Under the pieces are notes generated by a model. It was not told the DNA's origin. It did no database searches and saw only the letters and a program-made list of their open reading frames with translations. A program made the position numbers and the translations under genes. This document shows, piece after piece, positions 26,782 to 36,504 of a DNA stretch of 39,982 bases. Location: IMG/VR virus record IMGVR_UViG_3300047393_000100; one strand, given 5' to 3'. Within the stretch, counting starts at the first letter, position 1. The number at the start of each line of letters is the position of its first letter. Origin of the DNA: a virus (taxonomy: Duplodnaviria; Heunggongvirae; Uroviricota; Caudoviricetes).

Positions 26782-28752
26782 ATGTCTAAGAAAACAAATA
26801 CACCTTTCATCGATCAATTCGGAGAAGATTTAACTAAAATGGCAAGTGAAGGTAAATTGGATCCTATCATCGGTAGGGAAAAGGAAGTTTATCGTATATG
26901 TCAAATTCTTTCAAGAAGAAAGAAAAACAATCCTATTATTTTAGGAGATCCAGGGGTTGGTAAAACTGCATTAGTGGAAGCCATTGCTCAGCGAATTGTT
27001 GATAAACAAGTTGCAATGACTCTTCTTAATAAGAGAATCGTTTCGCTTAATATTTCAAATATAGTCGCTGGTACAAAATACCGTGGTGAATTTGAGGAAC
27101 GCATGAAAAATATAGTGGATGAATTAAAAGAAAATAGAGATGTTATTGTCTTTATCGACGAAATTCATACCATTGTAGGTGCAGGTGGTGTTAGTGGATC
27201 TTTAGATGCTAGTAATATACTAAAACCTGCGTTAGCAAGAGGACAGGTACAATGTATTGGCGCAACCACGTTGGATGAGTATAGAGAAAATATTGAAAAG
27301 GATGGTGCACTTACCAGAAGATTTCAAGAAGTTTTTATAGATCCACCCTCAATTGAAGATACTATTGAAATTCTTAATAGAATTAAACCTAATTATGAAG
27401 ATTATCATGCAGTATCGTATAGCGATGAGGCAATAAAGGCATGTGTTACTTTATCTGAAAGATATATTACACAAAGAGAATTACCAGATAAAGCCATTGA
27501 TGTAATGGATGAGGCAGGTGCAAAGGTACATTTAAAGGAGGTTAAAATACCAGAAAGTATTAAAGAACTTGAAATTGAAGCTGAAAAGTATAAGGCATCT
27601 AAATTAATTGCAGTTGAACAACAGGACTACGAGAAAGCTGGTAAATTTAGAGATTTAGAATTAGCAAAAAAAGAAGAAATCCAAACTTCAACAAAGGAAT
27701 GGGAAACTTCTTTACGCGATAATAAAAAACAGGTAACTTACGAAGATATTGCTGAAACTATTTCACAAACTACTGGAATTCCAATTACAAGAATGACTGA
27801 CGATGAAAATAGAATCATTGTTGAAATGGAAAAGGAATTAAAATCCATGATTATCGGTCAGGATCTTGCAGTTGAAGGATTATGTAGAGTTATTAAAAGA
27901 AGTAGAACAGGTGTAAGTTCATCTAAAAAACCAATTGGATCATTTATGTTTATTGGACCTACAGGTGTAGGTAAAACTGAAATGGTTAAAGCTTTAACTG
28001 AATATTATTTTGGAAGCGAAGAGGCATTGATCAGAATCGATATGTCAGAATATCAGGAAAAATTCAATGTAAGTAGACTGATAGGTTCTCCTCCAGGATA
28101 TGTTGGATATGAAGAAGGAGGACAACTAACAGAACAAGTTCGTCGTAAACCATATTCAGTAGTGTTATTTGATGAGGTTGAGAAAGCACATCCAGATATT
28201 TTTAATACATTACTACAGGTATTAGATGAAGGTAGATTAACAGATACATCGGGTAGAATAATTGATTTTACAAATACTATTATTATTATGACTTCAAATA
28301 TTGGTGCTAAGCGAGTTGCAGAGTTCGGGGCAGGAATCGGGTTTAATAGTACTACATCATCATCATCTCATAAGATGGAAATGGAAACAGTTATTAGAAA
28401 AGAACTTAAAAATAAGTTTGCTCCAGAATTTTTGAATAGATTAGATGATATTGTTTTATTTGATGGATTAAAACAAGAACATGTATTACAAATTGCAGAT
28501 ATTGAAATTAATAAAGTAATTGAAAGAATGGCATCACAAGACTATTCAATTAAACTTACAAAAACTGCCATGATTTTCTTAGCAGAAAAAGGGTATGATG
28601 CACAATATGGCGCTAGGCCATTAAAAAGAGCAGTACAGACATACGTTGAAGATTTATTAGCAGATTCTATTATTATGGGACAAGTTATTAAAGGTTCTAA
28701 GGTATATACCATTTCGCATAAAAAAGGAGATGAGAAACTTTCCATAAAGTAA
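26782..28752 (+). CDS. clpC: ClpC-type AAA+ unfoldase without the N-terminal domain
   Basis: Two NBDs (GDPGVGKT/FIDEIH; GPTGVGKT/LFDEVEK), short UVR-like M-domain (QQDYEKAGKFRD), ClpP-docking IGF loop (GAGIGFNS). Confidence 0.9.
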   Translation: MSKKTNTPFIDQFGEDLTKMASEGKLDPIIGREKEVYRICQILSRRKKNNPIILGDPGVGKTALVEAIAQRIVDKQVAMTLLNKRIVSLNISNIVAGTKYRGEFEERMKNIVDELKENRDVIVFIDEIHTIVGAGGVSGSLDASNILKPALARGQVQCIGATTLDEYRENIEKDGALTRRFQEVFIDPPSIEDTIEILNRIKPNYEDYHAVSYSDEAIKACVTLSERYITQRELPDKAIDVMDEAGAKVHLKEVKIPESIKELEIEAEKYKASKLIAVEQQDYEKAGKFRDLELAKKEEIQTSTKEWETSLRDNKKQVTYEDIAETISQTTGIPITRMTDDENRIIVEMEKELKSMIIGQDLAVEGLCRVIKRSRTGVSSSKKPIGSFMFIGPTGVGKTEMVKALTEYYFGSEEALIRIDMSEYQEKFNVSRLIGSPPGYVGYEEGGQLTEQVRRKPYSVVLFDEVEKAHPDIFNTLLQVLDEGRLTDTSGRIIDFTNTIIIMTSNIGAKRVAEFGAGIGFNSTTSSSSHKMEMETVIRKELKNKFAPEFLNRLDDIVLFDGLKQEHVLQIADIEINKVIERMASQDYSIKLTKTAMIFLAEKGYDAQYGARPLKRAVQTYVEDLLADSIIMGQVIKGSKVYTISHKKGDEKLSIK

Positions 28753-28761
28753 TAGTATAAT
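28734..28761 (+). promoter_or_regulatory. Class-2 promoter GAAAC-N17-TATAAT
   Basis: GAAAC lies inside the clpC 3' end; exact 17-nt spacer; upstream of the gp42-like gene. Confidence 0.6.
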
Positions 28762-28787
28762 ATTAAAATAACATAATAATATAATAT

Positions 28788-29642
28788 ATGAATAGCTTTT
28801 CAAGGGTCTTCACAAAAATAATATCGGATATTAAAGTAAATGGAAAGGTCTCTAAACCCAGAGACCTTGAAGTTTCCGAATTAATGTATAATGGATACGC
28901 AGTAAATCCTACCCAACCTATTGCAAATTTTAATAGTAGAGAATTCAATTGGAAATACTTTGCCGGTGAATTGGTATGGTATTTGAATAAAGATACAGAT
29001 ATAGATTACATCAATCAATTTTCAGGATTTTGGAAAGGTATTACAAATCCAAACACAAACGAAATTAATTCTAATTATGGTTTTCTTCTTTTTGGTGAAC
29101 AACTTCAATGGGTTACGGATTCACTTAAAAAAGATAAAAATACAAGACAAGCAATTGCTTTCTTAAATCAACCTAAGTATCAATTTGAAGGTAATAAGGA
29201 TTTTGTATGTACGATGTATCTTAATTTTTCTATTAGAGAAGATAAATTAGATATGAAAGTGCAAATGAGATCTAATGACATTTTTTATGGCCTTACATTT
29301 GACGCACCTTTCTTTGCAGTAGTACATCAACATGTTTATCTTTGGTTAAAGTCAACATATCCGGAATTAACATTAGGAACTTATTATCATTTTGCGGATA
29401 ATATTCATTTTTATGAGAGACATTATGAACTTGCTGAGAAAATAGTGCATGAGGCGTTACATCAAGATCAATATATTATGGAATTAAAAAAACCATTATT
29501 TACAATTGAAAATAGTAATATGTTAATAACTGATCATGGTATTAACATGATACATAATATAAATAAAGGTATTGAAATTGATGCGAATAAAGATTATTAT
29601 AATAATATATTAGCAGAATACCTTAATATAAAAAGAGTATGA
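28788..29642 (+). CDS. Thymidylate-synthase-fold enzyme, dCMP hydroxymethylase (T4 gp42)-like
   Basis: EINSNYG, DFVCT (Cys141), MRSNDIFYGLTFD (Asp172 where dUMP-specific ThyA has Asn), NIHFYERH. Confidence 0.75.
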   Translation: MNSFSRVFTKIISDIKVNGKVSKPRDLEVSELMYNGYAVNPTQPIANFNSREFNWKYFAGELVWYLNKDTDIDYINQFSGFWKGITNPNTNEINSNYGFLLFGEQLQWVTDSLKKDKNTRQAIAFLNQPKYQFEGNKDFVCTMYLNFSIREDKLDMKVQMRSNDIFYGLTFDAPFFAVVHQHVYLWLKSTYPELTLGTYYHFADNIHFYERHYELAEKIVHEALHQDQYIMELKKPLFTIENSNMLITDHGINMIHNINKGIEIDANKDYYNNILAEYLNIKRV

Positions 29643-29935
29643 TTAAATATATGAATAAAATTCCAGAATTTTATATAGAAGGAGAAAATGCAAGTACTAT
29701 TCATAATACTAATGAATTTCATAATAGAATTGTTGAATTAATTGAAACAAATTTAAGTGGAGAATCAAAAGAAACAACACTATGTCATTTAATCACCAAA
29801 GATGGTACAGTGATGACCGCGGATTTACCTAGAAATGCGTATAAACAATCAATATTAAAAAGCTTAGAATTCTATATAGAAAAAGAGAATTATGAGATGT
29901 GTACAAGAATTAAAAATCTAATAGAACAATTATAA
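29639..29935 (+). CDS. Small protein with C-terminal UVR-like motif
   Basis: SLEFYIEKENYEMCTRIKNLIEQL resembles the E-x-YE-x-A-xx-I-RD pattern. Confidence 0.55.
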   Translation: MIKYMNKIPEFYIEGENASTIHNTNEFHNRIVELIETNLSGESKETTLCHLITKDGTVMTADLPRNAYKQSILKSLEFYIEKENYEMCTRIKNLIEQL

Positions 29936-29937
29936 AA

Positions 29938-30609
29938 ATGAATTACGGAAAAGAATTTGAAAAATACGCAATGAGTGACCATGGTGTTAGCTCAATGAAT
30001 TTACATTATGCAAAAAAGAATTTAGAAAATTCAATGACTCCATATATTTTAGAAGAGAGAGAATTGAGGGTTACTCAAATGGATATTTTTTCAAGATTAA
30101 TGATGGATAGATTATTATGGGTTGCAGGAACTGTAAATGATAATATGTCAACCGTTGTTCAAGCACAATTAATGTTTTTAGATTCAGTAGATACTAGAGA
30201 TATTACAATGCACATTGATTCAGGAGGAGGGAGTGTAAAGTCTGGACTTTCTATGGTAGATGTTATGGAATATATTAAATCTGATATACGTACAGTCAAC
30301 ACAGGAATGGCCGCCTCTATGGGTTCTGTATTATTAGGAGCTGGAACTAAAGGCAAGAGAAGTTCACTAAGACACTCTACCACTATGTTACACCAATCTT
30401 CGGGAGGATTCAGCGGAAATATTCAAGACGCTGAAATTGACTGGGCAGAATGGCAAAAGGTTAACAAAGAATTATTTAATCTTTTAGGACAATACTGCGG
30501 TAAAAAACCAGATCAAGTTATGAAAGATGCTACAAGAGATATGTGGTTAAACGCAGAAGAGGCATTGAAATACGGAATCATCGATGAGATTATAATTAGT
30601 AAAAGATAA
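29938..30609 (+). CDS. clpP: ATP-dependent Clp protease proteolytic subunit
   Basis: DIFSRLMMDR, IDSGGGSV, GMAASMGS (Ser), LHQSSGG (His), ATRDMWLNAEEALKYGIIDEI; MNYGKEFEKYA N-terminus resembles Bacteroidota ClpP. Confidence 0.93.
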   Translation: MNYGKEFEKYAMSDHGVSSMNLHYAKKNLENSMTPYILEERELRVTQMDIFSRLMMDRLLWVAGTVNDNMSTVVQAQLMFLDSVDTRDITMHIDSGGGSVKSGLSMVDVMEYIKSDIRTVNTGMAASMGSVLLGAGTKGKRSSLRHSTTMLHQSSGGFSGNIQDAEIDWAEWQKVNKELFNLLGQYCGKKPDQVMKDATRDMWLNAEEALKYGIIDEIIISKR

Positions 30610-30618
30610 TAACATAAT

Positions 30619-30816
30619 ATGAGAATACATTTTTATGTACATACTGAGGAATTAGAATATCTTAATACAATAATCAAGGGTAATATGGAAACTGGTGAAT
30701 ATCCAGTTTCCATAGCGCCTACTTATTTTGAAAATTCGTATTTAATAGATATATCATACGACGATTATGTAAGATTAAATGACAATAATACATTTACAAC
30801 ACTTATTTCATTATGA
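30619..30816 (+). CDS. Hypothetical protein
   Basis: 65-aa ORF in operon context. Confidence 0.6.
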   Translation: MRIHFYVHTEELEYLNTIIKGNMETGEYPVSIAPTYFENSYLIDISYDDYVRLNDNNTFTTLISL

Positions 30817-31124
30817 CAAAAAGAGAAAAACAAAGAGACCTTTTCATTGAATTAATTAATTATCAGTTAAAGGACCATGGGGTAAAATACGAAGATGTTA
30901 AGGAAAATCCAGCATGGTATATGGAATATCACACAACTTTAGAAAAAGAAAATGAATTTATAACATACTGTGTTTCTAGAATTCAAGAAGTTTTAAAACT
31001 ATCAAAGTCAAACGCAGAAAGAGAAGCTAGTTGGTTTATTCTACAATGGGGACTTACTACCACATATTCTCAGAATAAAGAAATAAAAGATATTCAAAGA
31101 AAAATAAAAGATTCAGAATTATAA
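30813..31124 (+). CDS. Hypothetical protein
   Basis: 103-aa ORF with ATGA overlap. Confidence 0.65.
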   Translation: MTKREKQRDLFIELINYQLKDHGVKYEDVKENPAWYMEYHTTLEKENEFITYCVSRIQEVLKLSKSNAEREASWFILQWGLTTTYSQNKEIKDIQRKIKDSEL

Positions 31125-31186
31125 GATTATCTTAATATAATTCATTCTTTGTACATATTTTCCATGTAAATATTGATAAATACTGT

Positions 31187-31888
31187 ATGGAAATATTTGA
31201 TAAATATTGGCTTACCACTGGCCCATTTGACTACGAATCAAAACAATATAAATTATTAGCTGCAATTAAGGAAATAAATTCTTTAGTTGAAGCTAACTTG
31301 TTATATACCGCGATAAGTATTGTTGAGATAGAACTTGAAAAACTTTACAATATAAAATATAATAAAGATTCAATAGAATTAAAACATAGAAAAATTAGTG
31401 GAATCGATATTGATAACATGGAACTATCTTACGAATATTATGAAACCAGTAAAGAAATACAGGTAATATACGATATTTGTGATACTGCAATCGAATCTTT
31501 AGAAAAAACATATAGATATATTAGAGATAAATGGAGGGCTATTGAAATAAAGTGTGAAATAACAGAAATACCAGATAAAAAACCATTGAATACCATGGGA
31601 TATATCATGTATATTGTTCCTAATTCTCCAATTATTAAAATTTATAAGTATATAGAACCGACTAGTTTTAAAATAGATTGGAATAAATTTAAATTAACCG
31701 AGGTTTGCGAAATTAAAAATGAAATTAGAGAAATTGCAGTATTCATTGCGCATTCTGAGGCGAATACTAATTCATACCGTTTTTTTAGATTTGATGTAAA
31801 GATTAAGACAGAACTTCCTTCATTTGATGAATGTATGCTTCCACTTATGAAATATTGTATATTTAATAGAATCAAACATGGAATTTAG
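31187..31888 (+). CDS. Hypothetical protein
   Basis: 233-aa ORF; no family recognised. Confidence 0.65.
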   Translation: MEIFDKYWLTTGPFDYESKQYKLLAAIKEINSLVEANLLYTAISIVEIELEKLYNIKYNKDSIELKHRKISGIDIDNMELSYEYYETSKEIQVIYDICDTAIESLEKTYRYIRDKWRAIEIKCEITEIPDKKPLNTMGYIMYIVPNSPIIKIYKYIEPTSFKIDWNKFKLTEVCEIKNEIREIAVFIAHSEANTNSYRFFRFDVKIKTELPSFDECMLPLMKYCIFNRIKHGI

Positions 31889-31919
31889 AATATATACATT
31901 ATAAAAATAATTTTTAAAA

Positions 31920-33161
31920 ATGGCATACGTTATAAATGAAGATATAATCGCTAGCATAGATTCAACCTTTAATCTTAAACAAGGTGAATCTCACATGTAT
32001 GAAATAATACTTGATCGCGATTTTCTAGGAAATCAATTAAATGCAAGAGTAGTAACATCAATATCAGTTGGTATATTAAATTCATCTGGCGAAAAAGTAC
32101 TCATGTATAATAATCCAATGGTACCTGGGGTTTCAGATACTCTTGTATTTGCGGATGTTTCTGAAAATAAACCAGGTGTTATACGATTTGAAATTACAAG
32201 TTCTCAATCTCTTTCAATTATAGGTGGAGAATTAAATGTACAAGTTACTTTAGTTTTTTCTGATTTTTATCCAAACGCAAAAACATATATTATGCCAGTA
32301 TTATTACTAGGCCAAGTTATTGAGTTAGATCCAACAGATGGAGGTACAGGAGGAGGTACAGGAGGAGGAACAGGAGGAACACCATCATATAGTGTAGGTG
32401 CACCATTATATACTATAGAGCATATTGATGGTAATTATCCAAGTCAATCTGGTAAAATGTCAATAAATTCACAAAATCCTACTCTAATTACAGAAATTAC
32501 TTTTAGAAATTTAGATAAAAACCTAGTAAGAGCCACCGCTCTTGAAAACTTCCTAGTTAATAGAATGGGAGCAGACCAAATCAATGGAATAATTACAATA
32601 TTCGATATAAATAATCCTAAATTTTATACGTTATATAAAATATTAGGATGGCAACGAGTTGATATCACATCAGGAAACAATAACGATGATAATACTGATG
32701 GAATCAAAATAATGGTTGCATTAGAAGGAATTTCAACAGGACCTGGCGTTTTAAAAACTACATGGATTATGGGAGATAGCATTACATTTTCAGTAGATAC
32801 ATATGGTATTACAGGAAGCTCAATCGTTCCAACCGGAATACTAACGTTTGACGATAAACATAAAAGAGTAACGATTCCAACTAATGGAAATAACTCACCA
32901 ACTGGGGCATATATTAGTTATTCTCCATATTACGATTCATACGTTATTGTGGAAATTAATGGAATTAGTATAGATCTTGGAAATAATAATAAAAATGCAA
33001 CTGCATATTTTTCAGGAAATAATGGATTAACCGCAGTTCAAATCGAATCTATCAGACAAGGAGACCAACTAATTTGGAATGGTGATATCGCAGGATATGA
33101 ACTAGAATTAGGTGATGAAATCAATCTAATATACGAGGTAAACGTGGATGATTTAAGATAA
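31920..33161 (+). CDS. Putative virion structural protein (beta-rich, GGGT linker)
   Basis: GGTGGGTGGGTGGT hinge; C-terminal domain paralogous to those of the 33329 and 37990 genes. Confidence 0.55.
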   Translation: MAYVINEDIIASIDSTFNLKQGESHMYEIILDRDFLGNQLNARVVTSISVGILNSSGEKVLMYNNPMVPGVSDTLVFADVSENKPGVIRFEITSSQSLSIIGGELNVQVTLVFSDFYPNAKTYIMPVLLLGQVIELDPTDGGTGGGTGGGTGGTPSYSVGAPLYTIEHIDGNYPSQSGKMSINSQNPTLITEITFRNLDKNLVRATALENFLVNRMGADQINGIITIFDINNPKFYTLYKILGWQRVDITSGNNNDDNTDGIKIMVALEGISTGPGVLKTTWIMGDSITFSVDTYGITGSSIVPTGILTFDDKHKRVTIPTNGNNSPTGAYISYSPYYDSYVIVEINGISIDLGNNNKNATAYFSGNNGLTAVQIESIRQGDQLIWNGDIAGYELELGDEINLIYEVNVDDLR

Positions 33162-33328
33162 TTCAAAAAATGATTTTTTTAATTTTTATTTAAAAAATAA
33201 TCATATAATATATCAAAATCAATAAAACACTACACATTCATATTAATATATAATCCAGTTACAAGCAATAATGCGAGTAACTCCATACTCAATAAAGGGT
33301 ATGGGCCTAAAAAAATTATATATTATAT

Positions 33329-35212
33329 ATGGCACAAATTCGTTCAAAACAAATCGCAGACTTTTTATCATCTGTAAACTGGGCTTCTGTTAACTCAACG
33401 GACATCGCAAATGCGGCTGACATTAAAGCATTAGTATCTTCTGAGATCGCTGCTGTAAATGGAGACAACTCTGCAGTATCTGATGCTTTAGTTGCAGAAA
33501 TCTCTGCTACTAACTCTGACTTCGTAAGAGTTGAAGCACATTTATCGGCTGAAATTTATGACGCTAGACTTTACACATCTGATGAGATGTTAAGAGCTCA
33601 AGAAGCTGAAGATGCCTTAACTGCTGCTTTATCTACTGAGATTGCTTCTACTAATTCTGACTTCGTAAGAGTTGAAGCTGCTTATGCTGCTGCAGATTCT
33701 ATCGAAAAAGCAAGAGCTGAAGGGGCTGAAGGAGTATTAGATGGTAAAATTTCTACAGAAAAAGGTAGAATCGACGCTATCCTATTAGCATCTGATGCTG
33801 ATAAAGATTCATTCGCTGAAATCGTTTCATTAATTAATGGAGTTGATACTACAAATGATGAAGCATTCGCAGGATACGTATTATCTAACAATGCTTCTGT
33901 TGATTCATTAGAATTAGCTATCGCTGGTGATTTTACTTCTATCGATACTAGAGCTTTAGATTTAGAAAATGCATTATCTGCTGAAATCTCTGCAACTAAT
34001 GGAGATGTTACTTCTATTGATTTAGCAATCTCTACTGAGCATTCTCATCACACTGCGGCTGAAGCTTCTTTAGAAACTTTAATCTCAGTTGAAATTGTTG
34101 ACATGACAACTTATGTTGATGGAGAAGTTACTTCGATTGATGCTGCAATTTCTGCTGAAATCTCGGCTACTAACTCTGACTTCGCAAGAGTTGAAGCTAA
34201 TTTATCTACTGAAATCGCTGGCATGACAACTTATGTTGATGGTGAAGTTTCTACAATCAATGTCGCTTTAGCTGCTGAAATCTCTGCAACAAATGGAGAT
34301 ATCACATCGATTGACACGAGATTAGGTGCAGTAGGTTCTAGTTTAGTTGATTCTGTTGATTCATTAGAATTAGCTTTAACTGCTGAAATCTCTGCTACAA
34401 ATGCTGATTTCGCTGAAGTTAACTCTTCTGTTGATTCATTAGAATTAGCGTTAACTGCTGAAATATCTGCTACAAATGCTGATTTTACTTCTGTTAACTC
34501 TAGAGTTTCTACTGAAGAAGGTAGAGTTGATGCTATCTTATTAGCTTCTGCTGCTGACAAAGATTCATTTGCTGAAATCGTTTCTTTAATCAACCTAGTT
34601 GATACTACTAACGATACTGCATTCGCTTCTTATGTTTTAGCAAATGATGCTTCTGTTGATTCATTAGAATTAGCTATAGCTGGTGATTTTACTTCTATCG
34701 ACACTAGAGCTTTAGATTTAGAAAATGCACTATCTGCTGAAATCTCTGCTACTAACTCTGACGTTACTAGAATTGACGCTGCTTTATCTGCTGAAATCTC
34801 TGCTACTAACTCCGACGTTACTAGAATTGACGCTAATTTATCTACTGAAATTGTTGGCATGACAACTTATGTTGATGGTGAAGTAACTTCATTAGAAGGT
34901 TTTATTAATGGTGAGGTTAATTCATTAGAATCTACTATCTCTGATTTAGAACTTACACACGGTGATAGATTAACTTCATTAGAAGGTTACATCATGGAAG
35001 ATGCACAAGTATACGTTGAATCTTTCGTAGGAAACGCATTCGAATATAATGTTGCTAGCAATGTTCAAGATGGTGAGAAAAATCTTGTATCTGCATTCGT
35101 AAATGGACATAAAGTTGAAGTTTCTACAGTTTCTGGAACTACCGTTACTTTAGTAGATCCAGGTTATGTAATTGACGCTGATGATACTGTAGTTATTTCT
35201 TACCAAGGATAA
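33329..35212 (+). CDS. Acidic alpha-helical repeat fibre/whisker-like protein
   Basis: Recurrent AEISATN(S/G/A)D, duplicated ~83-aa unit, shared C-terminal domain, strong downstream terminator. Confidence 0.7.
   Translation: MAQIRSKQIADFLSSVNWASVNSTDIANAADIKALVSSEIAAVNGDNSAVSDALVAEISATNSDFVRVEAHLSAEIYDARLYTSDEMLRAQEAEDALTAALSTEIASTNSDFVRVEAAYAAADSIEKARAEGAEGVLDGKISTEKGRIDAILLASDADKDSFAEIVSLINGVDTTNDEAFAGYVLSNNASVDSLELAIAGDFTSIDTRALDLENALSAEISATNGDVTSIDLAISTEHSHHTAAEASLETLISVEIVDMTTYVDGEVTSIDAAISAEISATNSDFARVEANLSTEIAGMTTYVDGEVSTINVALAAEISATNGDITSIDTRLGAVGSSLVDSVDSLELALTAEISATNADFAEVNSSVDSLELALTAEISATNADFTSVNSRVSTEEGRVDAILLASAADKDSFAEIVSLINLVDTTNDTAFASYVLANDASVDSLELAIAGDFTSIDTRALDLENALSAEISATNSDVTRIDAALSAEISATNSDVTRIDANLSTEIVGMTTYVDGEVTSLEGFINGEVNSLESTISDLELTHGDRLTSLEGYIMEDAQVYVESFVGNAFEYNVASNVQDGEKNLVSAFVNGHKVEVSTVSGTTVTLVDPGYVIDADDTVVISYQG
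33752..34756 (+). repeat. Intragenic duplication of ~250 bp (33752-34000, 34508-34756)
   Basis: Both encode STE.GR.DAILLAS.ADKDSFAEIVSLIN.VDTTND.AFA.YVL.N.ASVDSLELAIAGDFTSIDTRALDLENALSAEISATN. Confidence 0.85.
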
Positions 35213-35244
35213 TCTATTGTATTAAGTATCTTACTTAGATAATT

Positions 35245-35269
35245 AAGGGAGCTTCGGCTCCCTTTTTTT
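35245..35269 (+). terminator. Intrinsic terminator with C(UUCG)G tetraloop
   Basis: AAGGGAGC-TTCG-GCTCCCTT followed by a T run. Confidence 0.9.
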
Positions 35270-35307
35270 ATAATAAATTAAATATATAAATTAAATAAAT
35301 ACCTTTT

Positions 35308-36504
35308 ATGAATATAGGAATTACAATAGGGTTAACCAAGGAAAATGAATCTCTTTGGATTAACGGAATTAAACTAAATGCGTTATATTTAGCAAATACC
35401 CTATTAAGTATAGGGGAACATAATGTATGGATCTTAGATACCTCCGATAAAGTAGAGGATCTTACAAAAGTACAATGGGACACTAACAAATTTAAAATAT
35501 TTAAATTTAAAGAAAAATTTAAAGAAATAGATTTGCTTATAACATTAGGTACTTCAATTCCAGAAAATTGGTCAAATGCAATAAAAACTGCAAATCCAAA
35601 TGCTAAGATAGTAAAATATCAATGTGGTAATAACTATGTCGTAGATATGGAAAGAGTTTTATTTGGAGATCCCGATGCTGAAGGAATTCCATCATGGGAT
35701 AAAGGGCATGATGAAACATGGACCATCCCACAACAAGAACACCACAATAAAGAATACTTTCAATTAATATATAGACAAAATCCAAAGGATGTTAAAATAG
35801 TTCCATTTGTATGGGATCCTATGTTTATAGATAGAAATAGCGAAATACTTAAATCGCTTGGAAAGAAAAATCCAAAATATACACCTAAACCAATATCTGA
35901 AAAGAAAATTTCAGTAATGGAACCAAATTTAAATGTTGTAAAATACGCTCTTATACCTATTATGATCGTTGAGGCATTCTTTAGAAAACTTGGAGAAAAT
36001 TCATTTAAACAACTATATGTTGGAAGTGGTAATAAGTTATTAAAACATAAATATTTTCTAGGAATGATTAAAAACCTAGATATCGTAAATAGAAAAAATC
36101 CACTTATCAAATTTGTACCAAGATATCCTGTGACTACCTTTTTAGCTGAAGAAACTGATATTGTACTTGCACATCAATGGGGAAATCCATTAAATTATTC
36201 ATATTTGGATGCAATTCATTTCGGCTATCCAGTGGTGCATAACGCTGATTTTATAAAAGATGGTGGATATTATTATAAGGACTTTTCAATATTTGGAGGA
36301 ATGGAACAATTAGATATTGCAATAAATCAACATGACAACAATATAGAGGAATACAGAGAAAAGAATAAAAAGGTATTAGATAGATACTTATCAACTAATC
36401 CAGATGTTGTAGATACATATAGAAAATTAATAGAGAATTTATGGGATCCTAATAAACATAAATTATCATACAAATATAACTGGAAAACAAACACATATAA
36501 ATAA
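35308..36504 (+). CDS. DUF2827-like putative GT-B glycosyltransferase
   Basis: VPFVWDPMFI, ISVMEPNLNVVK, DIVLAHQWGNPLNYSYLD, YPVVHNA...GYYY. Confidence 0.7.
   Translation: MNIGITIGLTKENESLWINGIKLNALYLANTLLSIGEHNVWILDTSDKVEDLTKVQWDTNKFKIFKFKEKFKEIDLLITLGTSIPENWSNAIKTANPNAKIVKYQCGNNYVVDMERVLFGDPDAEGIPSWDKGHDETWTIPQQEHHNKEYFQLIYRQNPKDVKIVPFVWDPMFIDRNSEILKSLGKKNPKYTPKPISEKKISVMEPNLNVVKYALIPIMIVEAFFRKLGENSFKQLYVGSGNKLLKHKYFLGMIKNLDIVNRKNPLIKFVPRYPVTTFLAEETDIVLAHQWGNPLNYSYLDAIHFGYPVVHNADFIKDGGYYYKDFSIFGGMEQLDIAINQHDNNIEEYREKNKKVLDRYLSTNPDVVDTYRKLIENLWDPNKHKLSYKYNWKTNTYK

Noticed and set aside
26782-28752. Annotation as ClpB disaggregase
   Set aside because: Short M-domain and an IGF ClpP-docking loop indicate a ClpC/ClpA-type protease partner
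28788-29642. Annotation as plain thyA
   Set aside because: Asp rather than Asn at the specificity position and gp42-like motifs; symbol withheld
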